Assembly (NCBI RefSeq): GCF_011386835.1
Contig: NC_088812.1
Span: 3,224,001-3,288,000, forward strand
From: Chrysemys picta bellii
Taxonomy: Eukaryota
Direction of reading: 5' to 3'
DNA length: 64,000 nt
Shown here in pieces: positions 45,792-58,010 of the stretch (position 1 is its first letter; the number at the start of each line of letters is the position of its first letter). The notes below the pieces were generated by a model, which was not told where the DNA came from, did no database searches, and saw nothing but the letters and a program-made list of their open reading frames with translations. Position numbers and translations under genes: made by a program.

Positions 45792-46319
45792 GGCAGGCCC
45801 CGCCCGGCAATGGACAGGAGGGGCTGACCCGGCGGGTGCACCCAGAGCCCAGCGGACTGCACCGCCCCCCAGCCCCACACGCCGCAGAGCCCAGAGCGGC
45901 CAGCAGGGGGGACTCAGCCCCGTCTCCTGTCGCTTTGTGTCCTGCACCCGGCGCCAACAACCCAGCTGGGGGAGTTCGGGGGCTAGTGAGCCCCCCCCAG
46001 CAGAGCTGCCTCCTGGCTCTGTGGCTGTAACCCCCCAGGAGGGGGTCGGGACACAGGGGGGCGGGTCTGTGCTGGGGGGGGGGGGGAGCAAGTCAAGACC
46101 TGGAGAAGGGAAGGGCAGGTGCTGCATAGGGGCCCCTCTGACAGGGGGTCACAATGGGGGCCATTTCCCCCAGCTGGGGGGAGGGCAGGGCTCTGCCCCA
46201 GCCACAAGCCCCAGGGACAGGGGGACACTTTGGTCTGGACACATACCCTGCCCCAAGGCACCTGTGGGGGAGGGGGCCCCCCAAGGCTCGGGCAGCACCA
46301 GGGATGGAGCGGTTTGTAA

Positions 46320-46325
46320 AATAAA
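46320..46325 (+). terminator. Candidate polyA signal of SMIM44-like gene
   Basis: AATAAA in a locally AT-rich patch about 530 nt after the stop codon. Confidence 0.55.
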
Positions 46326-46429
46326 ATATTGACGCTGAAAATTTCCCTTGCTCCGGTCATTGGTTCACGCAGCCCTGAGCCCCACGCACCAGAGGGGGCC
46401 CCTGAAACAGCCCCAGGGTCAGCCCCCCT

Positions 46430-46710
46430 CACTCCCGCCCCACAGCCCCCTGCTAGCCCAGCCCTGTCCCCCCCCAGCTCTGCCGGTGCCCCTCACTCCC
46501 GACCCACAGCCCCTGCCAGCCCAGCCTAGCCCTGCCCCCCCCAGCTCTGCCGGTGCCCCTCACTCCCGACCCGCAGCCCCTGCCCCCCCAGCTCTGCCAG
46601 TGCCCCTCACTCCCGACCTGCAGCCCCCTGCTCTCCCAGCCCTGGGTCCCCCTCCAGCTCTGCCAGTGCCCCTCACTCCCGCCCCACAGCCTCTGGCTAG
46701 CCCAGCTCTG
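46430..46710 (-). repeat. G/C-rich minisatellite (same family as 703-1345, reverse)
   Basis: ctctgccggtgcccctcactcccgacccgcagccccc units. Confidence 0.85.
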
Positions 46711-47123
46711 GGGCTGAGGTGGAGATTTCACTCCCCTCCCCCCCCCCCCCCCCCCCAGGCCCTGCAGAGGAAGTGGCCATGGGGCTCCCCCCAGCTCTGT
46801 GCTGGCCCCACCCCCTTTGAACAAAGCCCCCAGCACACACCCCAGGCAGGGGGTGGGGGTCAGGAAATCCCCCCCCACACACACACGCTGCCCTGCCCCC
46901 ATCATGTGGGGTGCAGTCACCCCATGTACAAACAGGGCTGGGAGGGAGAGCGCCCAGGCCTCTGCACTAACCCCTACACCCCACTGCCCGCCCACAGCCA
47001 GGGGAGAACCGGGAGTCCTGACTCCCACCCCAACCAGGGCCCCGCGCCAGGAACTGGACCCAGGAGTCCTTCCTCTCCACCCCCTTCCAAACAGAGCCGA
47101 GTCGTCAGTCCAGACACCAGCCC

Positions 47124-47129
47124 TTTATT
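47124..47129 (-). terminator. FARSA: FARSA polyadenylation signal
   Basis: TTTATT on + (AATAAA on -) about 170 nt after the stop codon. Confidence 0.65.
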
Positions 47130-47301
47130 GGGGCGCAACAGGCTGCAGGCGCCGGCCCGGGCAGCTCTGCCGGGTCCCCCAGAGGGGAGGGCGGAGCAGG
47201 GGCCTGGACGGAAGGGGGCACAGCCCCGCCCAGCTGCAGAGGGGGAGGGGCGCCCCCGGAGCGAACACTAATAAATACGGGGCCGGGCAGGCGGCGGGAG
47301 C

Positions 47302-50300
47302 CTACGCGTCCAGGCGGCAGAGGGGGCCGTCGTACACCATCTGCAGGTTCACCTTGTGCCCAACCAGCTCCCGGATGTTGTTGATGCCATATTTGATCAT
47401 GGTGGGGCTGGAGGAGAAGGCGGGTGTTAGGCGGGTGCAGCCCTGCTGCTGGCCCCCCGTAAGGGACCCTCCGCTGGGCAGCCGAGGGCACAGGCCGAGC
47501 ATGTCCCCAACCCCAGGAGGAGGGATCCCTCGCCCAAGCTCTGCCGGTGCCCCGCAGCCCCCTGCTAGCCCAGCCCCGGACTCCCGCCCCACAGCTCTGC
47601 CAGTGCCCCCATTCCAGATCCAGAGAGCTAGGCTGTTGCTGGCTGGAAGCCCCCTGGGCCCCAGAGCTCCGCCCGGGCTCTGCAGACGCCCCCTCCTGCA
47701 GGGGCAGGGTTACACGGGGATTAGTACAAGTCGTTACTATCTACGGGCAGTGCCGGGCGCCAGGTGGGCACAGGGAGAGGAGTTGGAAGCTGCCTTGCAG
47801 CCGTGGCACACGCTGGGGTCTCCATCCCCTTCCCAGCATGGCCAGCCCTATGGCCCCCCACATTAGCAGGAGCTGCGAGGGGCCCTGACTGCCCCCACTG
47901 GCACCCTCAAAGCCGCCTGTGAGCACACACGTGCCCACCCCCTCCCCCCGTGTCCTCCTCACCGCTCCAGAGAGAGGCCCCAGGCGATGACCGACACGCC
48001 CTCCGGCAGCCCCATTGGCAGCAGCATCTCCGGGCGGAAGATCCCCGAATTACCCACCTCCACCCACTTCTGGAGCCCTGTAACGGGAAGGGAGATGGCA
48101 GCTCGGTTAGTCCCGGCCGGGCCCTCTGAGCTGGGTGATGGAGCCGGGGGAGAGACACTCCCGGGCCGCTCAGTTAGTCCTGGCCGGGTCCCCCGAGCAG
48201 GGCGATGGAGCCGGCGGAGAGACACTCCCGGGCCGCTCGGTTAGTCCCGGCCGGGCCCCCCGAGCAGGGCGATGGAGCCGGCGGAGAGACACTCCCGGGC
48301 CGCTCGGTTAGTCCCGGCCGGGCCCCCTGAGCAGGGCGATGGAGCCGGCGGAGAGACACTCCCGGGCCGCTCAGTTAGTCCCGGCCGGGCCCCCCGAGCA
48401 GGGCGCGGGAGCCGGGGAAGAGACGTTCCCGGGCCGCTCGGTTAGTCCCGGCCGGGCCCCCCGAGCAGGGCGGTGGAGCCGGGGAAGAGACGTTCCCGGG
48501 CCGCTCGGTTAGTCCCGGCCGGGCCCCCCGAGCAGGGCGGTGGAGCCGGGGAAGAGACGCTCCCGGGCCGCTCGGTTAGTCCCGGCCGGGCCCCCCGAGC
48601 AGGGCGATGGAGCCGGGGGACAGATGCTCCCGGGCATCTAGAGAAGCGACTGGAGCAGATGGTTCTGTTCTGAGTGGGATCCACGGCCCTGCCATGGGGC
48701 CAGGGCTGCCGGCCCAGCCCCCACCTCAAACCCTGACCCCTTTGTGTCTGTGGGATTGGATGTGGGGGGCTGAGCCCGCCTGGGCTGGGCTCAGCAGGTC
48801 CCTGGCCTGGCTGCTGGGCCAGGCACGGCTGCCCAGGGTGCGTCTGTAGAGAGCGGGAGCCTCGCAGCGCCAGCCTGCCGGGGGGGAGGGGACCCCCCTG
48901 CTGACCCCAGGGCCTGACTTGGGGCCTCTCGCCGCCCAGGGCTGGTTTGTGCGGCTCAGGATCAGGGAACCCCTTGATTCCCGGGGGCGGGAGACGCTGC
49001 AGTGAGCACCACGGCTCCTCCTGAATGGGGGGCTCATGCCACCCCAACCTGCAGCTCCCTCCTCCGAGACCCTGGAGCTGCCCCGCCCCCACCCCCGGCA
49101 CGAGAAGGGGCTGGCGCCCCCTCACCTCGGTGGTAGCTGAACACCTCCATGCTGGGCTCCGTGTAGGGGTTGTAGGCCGGCTTGAAACGTAGCTGGCTGA
49201 TCCCTGCCGAGAGACGGGCCAGTGAGAGCCTGCGGCCAGCCGGGCCCCCCGCGGCCCCCCACATGCCCTGCCTGGACCCCCACGGCCTTGCTGGGCCCCC
49301 CACGGCCACCCACATGCCCTGCCCAGGCCCCCCGCAGCCACCCCACGGCCTCTCCGGGCCCCCTCCTCCCTGCACCCCACGGCCTCACCGGGCCCTCCAT
49401 CCTGCACCCACCCCACAGCCTGCCAGACCCCATGTCCCCTACTGCATCCCCACCCTGCCTGGCCCCCTGCCAGGACCCTCCTCTGGTGCCTACTGGTGGC
49501 AGCCGCTCAGCCCTGGATTGGGCTTTGCCCAGGGCGTTCGCTGGCAGCTGGTACCGCTGAGTGCCCCCAAACGCCAGCACCAGCCCCCCTACCAGGGACC
49601 CCCATGCTGCCAGCTCCGCAGGGAGGCCGGCTTTCCCACCTGTCCGCACATGGAGCTCTGCCCCCCCGGCAACGGGCACGTACCCAGTTTGGTGAAGAAC
49701 TCCCTCAAGGTGCCCATGAGGTCCCCCAGCGTCAGGCCGTAGTCGGCCACCACCCCCTCGATCTGGTGGAACTCGGCCAGGTGGGTGGCGTCCAGTGTCT
49801 CGTTCCGGAAGACCCGGTCAATGGAGAAATACTTGGCGGGGGTGAACTTCTCCTGGGGGGGAGAGCAGGAAAGAGAGGTGTCAGTCAGCCCCAGCCCATC
49901 CCCTGCCACTGCGGCATGGGATCCCAGCCCCCGGCCCCTTGAGCCCCAGTCACTGGGGGCAGCAGGGGATTGACCCCGCACAGCACGGGCACAGTGGGGG
50001 AGGGGGAGCCGTGGCACCTCCCACCTGCTGGGCCAGCCGGTAGAGCATGCGGGCGCTGACGGCCGTGGTGTGCGTCCGCAGAATGTTCTTCCGCGCCTCC
50101 TCCAGCTTCCAGTCGTATTTGTACCTGGGGGGGACGAGACCGGGACACGCTGGGCGTGGGCAGGGAGAGCTCCCATGGCACCAGGCTGCGGGGGGCAAAT
50201 CGCTGAGGGAAGGGGAGGGCAGAACATCCCCCCCTCCACTCTACAGTCCCCCAATGCAGGCGAGCTCCCAGCGGAGTTTGTGCATCCAGGCGCCAAAGGG

Positions 50301-53300
50301 TTAAGCAGCAATGCGGGAGGGGAGCTGCCCCAGACCACAGGAGCAGCCTAGAGTGGAGAGGCCCCAAATCCCATTCCCTGCGCCCCAGCCAGGCAGCCCC
50401 CCCAGCCTGGGCTGGTCAGAGCCAGTGTCCCATAGAGAAGAAAGGCTTCATGTCCCCATCCCCGCCACTCTGAGCCAGCTAGTCCCCCACCCCGGGGGCC
50501 GGTTCGGAGCCAGGGCCTCTAGAGGGGAAAGGCCCCATGCCCCCATTCCCCACCCCCCTGAGCCAGCCAGTCCCCCCACCCCGGGGGCCGGTTCGGAGCC
50601 AGCCAGTCCCCCCACCCCAGGGACCGGTTCGGAGCCAGCCAGTCCCCCCACCCCGGGGGACCGGTTCGGAGCCAGGGCCTCTAGAGGGGAAAGGCCCCAT
50701 GCCCCCATTCCCCACCCCCCTGAGCCAGCCAGTCCCCCCACCCCGGGGGACCGGTTCGGAGCCAGCCAGTCCCCCCACCCCGGGGGACCGGTTCGGAGCC
50801 AGGGCCTCTAGAGGGGAAAGGCCCCATGCCCCCATTCCCCACCCCCCTGAGCCAGCCAGTCCCTGCAGCCCTGGGGCCAGATCACAGCTAGCGCCCCCAA
50901 GTGGGAAAGGCCCCGTGTCCCATTTTCCACCCCGAGATCAGCCTGTTCCTCTGGGCTCCAAGCCCAGCCGGCCAGCGGGGGACGCTCACCCCTGGGAGCC
51001 GTAGCCTCCTTGCGAGTGAATCTTCTTCACTCTCTTCAGATAGTCCATGGGGAAGTCCGTGGCTTCGGCGGGATCTGGGGGAATCCAGGAGGTGCAAAGG
51101 GGGCTGAGCCACCAGGGAACTGGGGATGCTAGAGGGTCTGGGAGGGGGCCCAAGGGGCAGCAGGGAGCCAGAGGGGCAGCAGAGGTGGCAAGTGGGGCTA
51201 ATGTGGGTGAAAGATGCTGAACCCCCCCCCCCATTTGGGTGAGCGCCCGGCCCCTCACTGCACCCCAGCCCGAGGGGGGAGGGGGATTGGGACTCCGTGC
51301 ACTCCCCACAGCGCCTCTGCCAGCGCCACTGAGATGAGAGCCCTGGCCAGGTAGGGACTGGTGGAGACCCTGCAAGCTCGCACAGGAGCCGTTCCCCCAC
51401 CCTGGGGCGCAGGCGGTGCCCCCTAGAGGGCGGCGGATAGGCCGGCCGGCAGCAGGGGCTGGCGGCTGACTGACCCTGCAGGAAGAAGGTGTCGTGCTGG
51501 TCGCGGGCCGGGTGCTGCTGCGGCTGGAAGAGGGCGTCGAAGTTCCAGAAGGAGCTCTCGATGAAGTTATTGGTGGGCATTTCTGTGAAGCTGAGCGAGA
51601 CACGGGACCAGTGAGCACTCCCCGCTCGAGCACGCAGGGCAGTCCTGGTACTGTGTGGGCACTGCCCCCCACGTGGGCAGGGGCACAAGGCCTCTGGATG
51701 GTGAGAGGAGACGTCATAAGAGGAGCCCAGAGCAGCTTCCACGCGCACCCACCCCCTGGGGGACGGCACTGGGCAGCCCCACTGGGCACAGAGAGGGGAG
51801 TGACTTGCCCAAAGCTACCCAGGAAAGGAACAGCTGAGCCAGGACTCCTAACTCCCTGCCCCCCCTGCTCTAACCCCTACACCCCCTCCCCTCCCTGAGC
51901 CATGGAGAGAACCCAGGAGTCCTGGCTCGCAACACTGGAGATCATGCTGAAGGGAACAGTCCCGGGCCGGACTGATTGGCACCTCTGTCTCCCTGCCCCT
52001 CCCAAAGAAGAGGGCTGGCAGCAGCTGTGCAGACCCTGGCCGGTACCACCACTGCAGGACATGCTCTGCATTCTGCACCACTGCCCCCCAGGCAGACGCC
52101 CCATGCCAACCGCCAGGGTAGGGACTGAAGGGGCACACGCGGCTACTCACCCCATCTCGAGGAAGATCTGTCTGAACTGGGTGCGGACCTTGAGCAGCGG
52201 GTGGAGGTGCCCGCTCTCGGGCATGATCCCCAGCGCCTCGAAGTTGTACGCCTTGAACTTCAGGTCACGCCATGAGCCGCTGTGGACGAAGGGTGGGGAA
52301 AGGTCACAGGGGGCGAGCCCTGGGGAACTGACTGATCGAGTAACAGGCCTTGTACAGCACCTTCCACCCAACTATAGTCCATAGTGCCACTGAAATGCAG
52401 CCACCTCTGGGGTGGAGGGCAGCAGCCAGCCAGCACATAACAGTGGGGACAAGAGGACCCAGGCCACAGCCAACATCCATGCAGGGTGGGCAAGGCTTGT
52501 CTGAAAGCCACATGGGCTTTGTACATCTACCAGTGACGGGGGGGGGGGGGGGGCCAGGGGATTTGAACCGGGTGTCATCAGTTTCACACTCCCACCCCCG
52601 CCATGACCAGTCAGCAAGCACAGAGCAACTCCACCTGCTTCCTGAGCCAGGAGCCCCCAGCCCCGCCCCCCTCACCAAGTGGGGAAACGAGCTCTGCCTG
52701 AGGCACTGCGAAGATGCTCACACATTCTGTACCCCCCACACCCCATGGCCGCCTAGCCATCGGGACCCCCGCCCCATGGGCCCTGCGGTACTGGCACTCC
52801 AAGCTGCTCAGGTGACACCAGCATCCCCTCACCTCCACGCCCCCCGCCCGCCCGCCCAGGAGCGACCCTAGTGTCTAGACACTGGGGAAGGCTGTCAGGA
52901 AGTCGAGAGATTTTAGTTCAAAAGTTGTGGTCGTGGCTTGTTAACGTTGCAGTCTTGGTGAGGTCGGTTCCATCAACCCCATGTTCCACCCTCCATCCAA
53001 AACCATACAAAAGTGGGGTTTTTTTGAGTGGCGTTGTGACCCCACACGCCAAGACAAAACGCCACTCACATCTGGCCCGAAGGGGAGGCTGGGCCAAACC
53101 TGGGTACGTGGATTTGTGACCTGCCGCGCAGGGCCACAGCCACCACTCAAATGTGCGGCAGCCATAACCCCCCCCCCAGTTCCTGCAACTGTATCGCAGC
53201 TCCCCATGTTCTTACAGCCTCGTTCATGGCCTTTTAAACAGCGTGCGAGCCCACTGGGGGCGCCCCCGTCTGCCATCACAGAAGCCACAGACCCCTGCCA

Positions 53301-56300
53301 GGACCGGCCCTGGCCGTTTGCAGAGAGATTCCAAAGAGCTACGTTTACGTGTGCACTGCGGCACTTCCCCACGTGCCCAGCGCAGCGCGGAGAGCAAGGC
53401 CGCAGGCTCGGACGGAGGCAGCGTGCGCCTCACCTGGCGAGCATCTCCGGAGTGAGGTCCGTCTCCTGCTTGGTGACCGTGGTGCTGAAGGCGCTGCCTT
53501 TCCGGATCCAGTAGGTCTTGATGATCCTGTACCCAAGAAGGGAAGCGGAGAGGTGACCCCCGCGGGAAGCCTAGCGCCGAAGATCATCGCTTGGGACTGG
53601 GAGAAGAGCCCAGCAGAGCCAGGCAGCCCATTTGCCTAACGAACCACATCGGGCCCTTGGGACTTCTACTGGCCGCCCAGCTCCTCTAGACGACAAATCC
53701 CAGCGTGGCCCATTCCGTCTTCGCTGGGCGCTGTGGCCGAGCAGGCTGCACCCACGCCGGCTGCTACAATCCACGAGCCAGGCCACAGCCGGGCCTCGGC
53801 AGGACTGGACGTCCCGGCTGGGGGCCCAGCAGCCAGGCTGGCAAAGGCAAGGGGCTGGCTAAGCTGCACAGCCTGGGGGGAGTGGGGGGCTGTCAGACAC
53901 GGCAAACTTCCCCACCACTGCAGGAGAGACCAGAAGCAGGGGCCTGGAGAGTGACTGGATTAGGGACGCTGCCCAGATGCAGTGGGAAACAGACCCACCA
54001 GCTGCTGCCCTCTAGTGGGGAGAGGGGAATGTGCACCCCAGAGGGACAATCAGACCCATGCCTACTCCCTGAGCACAGGGGAGCCCCAGCACCCCACATT
54101 ACTGCTGGGGAGAATCCCTGACTCCCGACCGTGCTGCAGCAGCTGAGGGATCCAAGCCAGGGGAGGGGACGGGGGGGCTCAGCTCACACTTCCATCAGGA
54201 GTTTCCGCTTCTTCAGTTCGTTCCTGTCTTTCTCCTCCAGGCTCTCAGCCTCTCCCTGCTGCACCAGCTGCAGCTTCTCCCGCACCGAGTCCCGCACGCT
54301 CTCCACCTGGGGGACAGGAGGGCAGCAGTGAGCACCCCCCAGAGGCGCGCAGCTGGGTGTGAGGACACCCCTGGGCGTGGGAGCAATCCCCCATCCCCAG
54401 CAGGGCAAGGGAAGAGCCTCCACAGGTGCCCAAGGCAGCCTGGCCCAGCGGAAGCCAGTGACTTAGTCGGCTCGAGCTGTGACAGCACCGCGCCGTTCCT
54501 AACGGCAGAGGGTGGAAGAACCCTGTACGTTTCTGTAGTGCCTTTCAGCCCAGGGGTCCAACCGCCCGGCCTGCGAGAGCTAAAGGGTCTCTGCTCGGCC
54601 CAAGAGAGGAGATTCAAAGGGGGATTCGGGGCCCAGGTGGGCCCGGCTTGGAAATCTCCCTTCTGACGGAACACTCACAGCCCGGAAGATGCGTGGGCCC
54701 CCGTCCGCGTTCTTGTCCAGCCGCACCCACTTGTTGGACATGGCCTTGCTGAACCCCACTTTCCCGCTCGGCAGTTTCTGCAACGAGACACAAGGGAGAT
54801 CTCAGATCCAGGCGGAGCAGAAGAGAAACACCCCCAGAGAAAGGGGGGACAAGCAGGAATTCTGCCCCGCATCCCAGGGCTCAGAGCTGCTTACAGGCAC
54901 TTGATCAAACATCACAACCACCCTCATGGGGAAGGCCAGAGTCATCCCAATTTTATAATGAGACCCAGGCTTCCCAGCCCCCACCCGCTCCAGTCACTAG
55001 CCCCACTCCCCTCCCAGAGCCAGGAAGAGAACCCAGGAGTCCTGACTCCCAGGCTGCAGAACGTAGAAGAACAGCGAAGTTCTGGCAGAAGATGAGACGC
55101 TGAAGACGTGAGGCATGGGGGATGGGAAGTCAGCCTCACCATCAGCTCGCTCTGGGGTAGCCCTTCGGCAGGGATGCTGTCAAAGACACGCGCCTCGTGG
55201 CTTCCCTCCTGGACGATCTCCTTCCCCTCGGGTGTCAGCTCCCAGCGTTTAGAGGATCGCTGCTCAGCCTCGATGACCTGAGGGGAGCACACAGGGGAGC
55301 TGTGAAGTACGGGGTCCGTCACCCTGGATCAGAGCCAAGGCCCATTTAAGCCCAGTATCCTGTCTCTGACAGTGCTCAGTACCAAGGGCTTCAGAGGAAG
55401 TCATGAGAGCCACACAGCAGGCAGGGAGGGGTAATTTGCCCCCATGAAGGTCTCCTCCTGTTCCCTCCTAGATTGATTGGGCAGCATGAGGTGTTTTTAT
55501 CCCTTCTGGGATTCTTATTTTAGCATCAGCAATTGCCCTTCAGTATATTTCTGCTATTCCGCTTTGAACCTGCTGTCCTGAAGGCCACCTCGACGTGGCC
55601 CTCCCCTCCCCCTGCCCACCTGTCCGCCCAAGCTCAGCATTGGCCTGCTAAACCCAGGGCTGCGAGTTCAATCCTTGAGGGGGCCACTTAGGGACCTCGG
55701 GCAAAAATCAGTACTTGGTCCTGCTAGTGAAGGCAGGGGGCTGGACTCAATGACCTTTCAGAGTCCCTTCCAGTTCTAGGAGATGGGATATCTGCCCCCT
55801 GGGAACCCCTCCGCCCCCTGGGACCCCCTTCTCCCCCCACTGCCCCTCCCCCTGGGACCCCCTACCTCTTGGGGACCCCCTCCTCCTCCTGGGGACCCCT
55901 CCACTGCCCCCCCTCCCCCTGGGACTCCCTCCTCCGCCTGGGACCCCCTCCCTTCACTGCCTCTGGGAACCCTCCCCTCCCCCTGGGACCCCCTTCTCCC
56001 CCCAATGCCCCTCCCCCTGGGACCCCCTCCCTCCACTGCCCTTGGGGACCCCCTCCTCCTCCTGGGGACTCCTCCACTGCCCCCCCTCCCCCTGGGACCC
56101 CCTCCTCCGCCTGGGACCCCCTCCCTTCACTGCCTCTGGGGACCCCCCCTCCCCCTGGGACCCCCTCCCTTCACTGCCTCTGGGAACCCTCCCCTCCCCC
56201 TGGGACCCCCTCCTCCTCCTCCTCCTGGGGCCCCCTCCCCCTGGGACCCCCTCCCCCTCCTCCTGGGGCCCCCCTCCCCCTGGGACCCCCTCCCCTCCAC

Positions 56301-56533
56301 TGCCCCTCCCCCTGGGAACCCCATCCCTATAGCCCCTCCCACCCCAGCTCCACCCCCCCACGCCCCCCCGGCCCTACCTCCCCCAGCGCCTGCAGGCTCT
56401 TCACGGCCCCCACCAGCTGCTGGTGCTCCAGGCCCAGCGCCGCGGCCGCCTCCAGGCTGCCCAGGCCGCCGCCCCCCGCCCGCTCCAGCTGCTGCAGCAG
56501 CAGCTCCGCCAGCGCGGGCCCGTCCGTCGCCAT
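47302..56533 (-). CDS. FARSA: Phenylalanine--tRNA ligase alpha subunit (500 aa, 13 exons)
   Basis: Exons 56533-56378, 55277-55140, 54777-54679, 54306-54188, 53526-53434, 52279-52151, 51590-51475, 51074-50990, 50124-50025, 49852-49684, 49203-49126, 48077-47963, 47407-47302. All GT-AG and in phase (1503 nt). Motifs [71 protein letters not shown]. Confidence 0.98.
48101..48635. repeat. 67-bp CpG-rich VNTR (8 units) in FARSA intron 11
   Basis: ttagtccc anchor at 48107, 48174, 48241, 48308, 48375, 48442, 48509, 48576. Confidence 0.97.
50470..50870. repeat. Compound ~33/87-bp tandem repeat in FARSA intron 8
   Basis: Repeated gagccagccagtcccccaccccgggggaccggttcg and gggcctctagaggggaaaggccccatgcccccattcc blocks. 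Confidence 0.9.
55322..55600 (-). mobile_element. Degenerate CR1 3' fragment
   Basis: cctggatcag...ggcccatttaagcccagtatcctgtctctgacagtg...gcttcagagg resembles reverse-oriented CR1 3' ends. Confidence 0.45.
55639..55782 (+). mobile_element. tRNA-derived SINE with CR1-like tail (same family as 25533-25705)
   Basis: cattggcctgctaaacccagggctgcgagttcaatccttgagggggcc...ctggactcaatgacc...gtcccttccag. Confidence 0.8.
55795..56340 (-). repeat. C-rich (G-rich on FARSA sense strand) low-complexity repeat in FARSA intron 1
   Basis: Many ccccctgggacccc / cctccactgcccc units. Confidence 0.9.
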
Positions 56534-56539
56534 GGCGGG

Positions 56540-57020
56540 GGACATCCCTGCCGGAGGGGGCGGGGCGGGGAAAAACCGGGTGACCTCTCGCCCCGGAAGT
56601 GCTGGCGAAAAAACACACCCACTTCCGGGGATATGGCACTTCTCTCATTACCACGCGGTGGCCGCCATTTTCAGTGTGGCACAAAAGGGGCGGCCCAACC
56701 CGGGCGCCATCTTGGGCGCGGCACGAATCGATCGACGAGCGGACGGACGCCATGTTGAGTGTGGCAATAAGGTCAACCTCGTGAGGGCCGCTTGGTGGCT
56801 GCCATCTTGAGTGTGGCATAAAAGGGCGCCTGCGAAAACCCCGCGGCCACCATCCCTGAACGTGGAAGGCGGGAGTAGCTCGTGTCAGGTGCCATCTTGA
56901 GTGTGGCTAAATGGGACGGCGGCAAATCCCAGTCGCCACCTTGCGAGGGGCAGGCAGACAAGGGGCTCAGTGGCCGCCATCTTGAGTGTTGCCCCTGAGC
57001 CGCCATCTTGGGTGTGGCAG
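56540..57020 (-). promoter_or_regulatory. FARSA: FARSA CpG-island promoter with repeated YY1-type GCCATCTT sites
   Basis: GC box ~56557-56568; ETS CCGGAAGT ~56593 and ACTTCCGG ~56621; seven GCCATNTT motifs between 56664 and 57018. Confidence 0.75.
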
Positions 57021-57689
57021 CGCCCCTCCCATGAGGCCCCATCCCCAGCTGTGGGGTGGGTGTGGGGCCTGGAGGGGGGGAGACAGGGCAGGCTTGCGCA
57101 GGTGGGTAGATTCAGGGGGTCACTGGGGCCTCCAGAGACATGACACAATGGTATGGCCTGAGGATGATGTCATGAGGGGCTTGGTTACCACAGCAACAGG
57201 CCCATCCCTGCCACCCGAGTGTCTGTGACATAGGTGAGGCATTTGGTTACCATGGTGATGGGCCCATCCCACCCACCTGGGCAGCTGTGACATGGCGTGA
57301 GGCTGGCATGAGGCACTTGGTTACCATGACAACATGTGTCTCACACTTTCTGAGGCGCCAGGAGGCCATGCGGTGAGGATGCACTCCATTGCCATGGCGA
57401 TGGGACTAAGTTATACGCCAAGGCACCTGGTTACCATGGCGATGGGCAGAGGCTAGTCACCTTGGTTGTTGCCTGAGGATATTACAGCACAGCTGCCACG
57501 GGTGGATGTTACCATGTATCTGGGCTGAGACTCCTCCCCTTTCTGCTGTGCAACGCGGCCTGGTGCTCTCCAGCCCAGAGGTGGCTGCATTCCAGCAGCA
57601 CTGTGTGTGCACCAAGCGTGCGAAACAGCCGGTGCTACTGAAACCAGAGGGCTGCTTATTCACGCGTGCCAACAGGGGGAGCGCAGTGC

Positions 57690-58010
57690 TGTCAACTCCA
57701 AGCATCCAAAAATCACGAGTCAGGCCTCGAAAATCATGAGATTGACTTAAAAATCATCTTTTAAAAAAAAAACATTTTGGGTTCTTTTCCTTTTCCTTCT
57801 CATGTCTGAGCCTTTCGGCCGCATTCAGGTTACATTTTCAAGCTTTTCTCCACAACTACAAGGTCAAGAAACTCTCTTTCAACGAAAGCTGCAGTTCTCC
57901 TGTAATCCCATGGCTCTGGGAGCTGGCGCTTTAAGACAAACCCCAAAGATCATGAGACTTGTGATAAAATCACCTAAAGCGGCAACCCAGACACGAAGAT
58001 GAACAGCAAT
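57690..58010. mobile_element. Dispersed non-autonomous repeat (inverted relative to ~31600-31870)
   Basis: aaatcatgagattg...ggagctggcgctttaaga here versus tcttaaagccccagctcc...ccaatctcatgattt at 31638-31830. Confidence 0.5.

Noticed and set aside
48101-48635. CRISPR-like interpretation of regular repeats (also the SINE-head arrays)
   Set aside because: Eukaryotic locus; units are head-to-tail without unique spacers; no cas genes.
46348-49416. 300-355 aa ORFs around the FARSA 3' end
   Set aside because: GC-rich UTR, intron and VNTR translations, or extensions of true FARSA exons.
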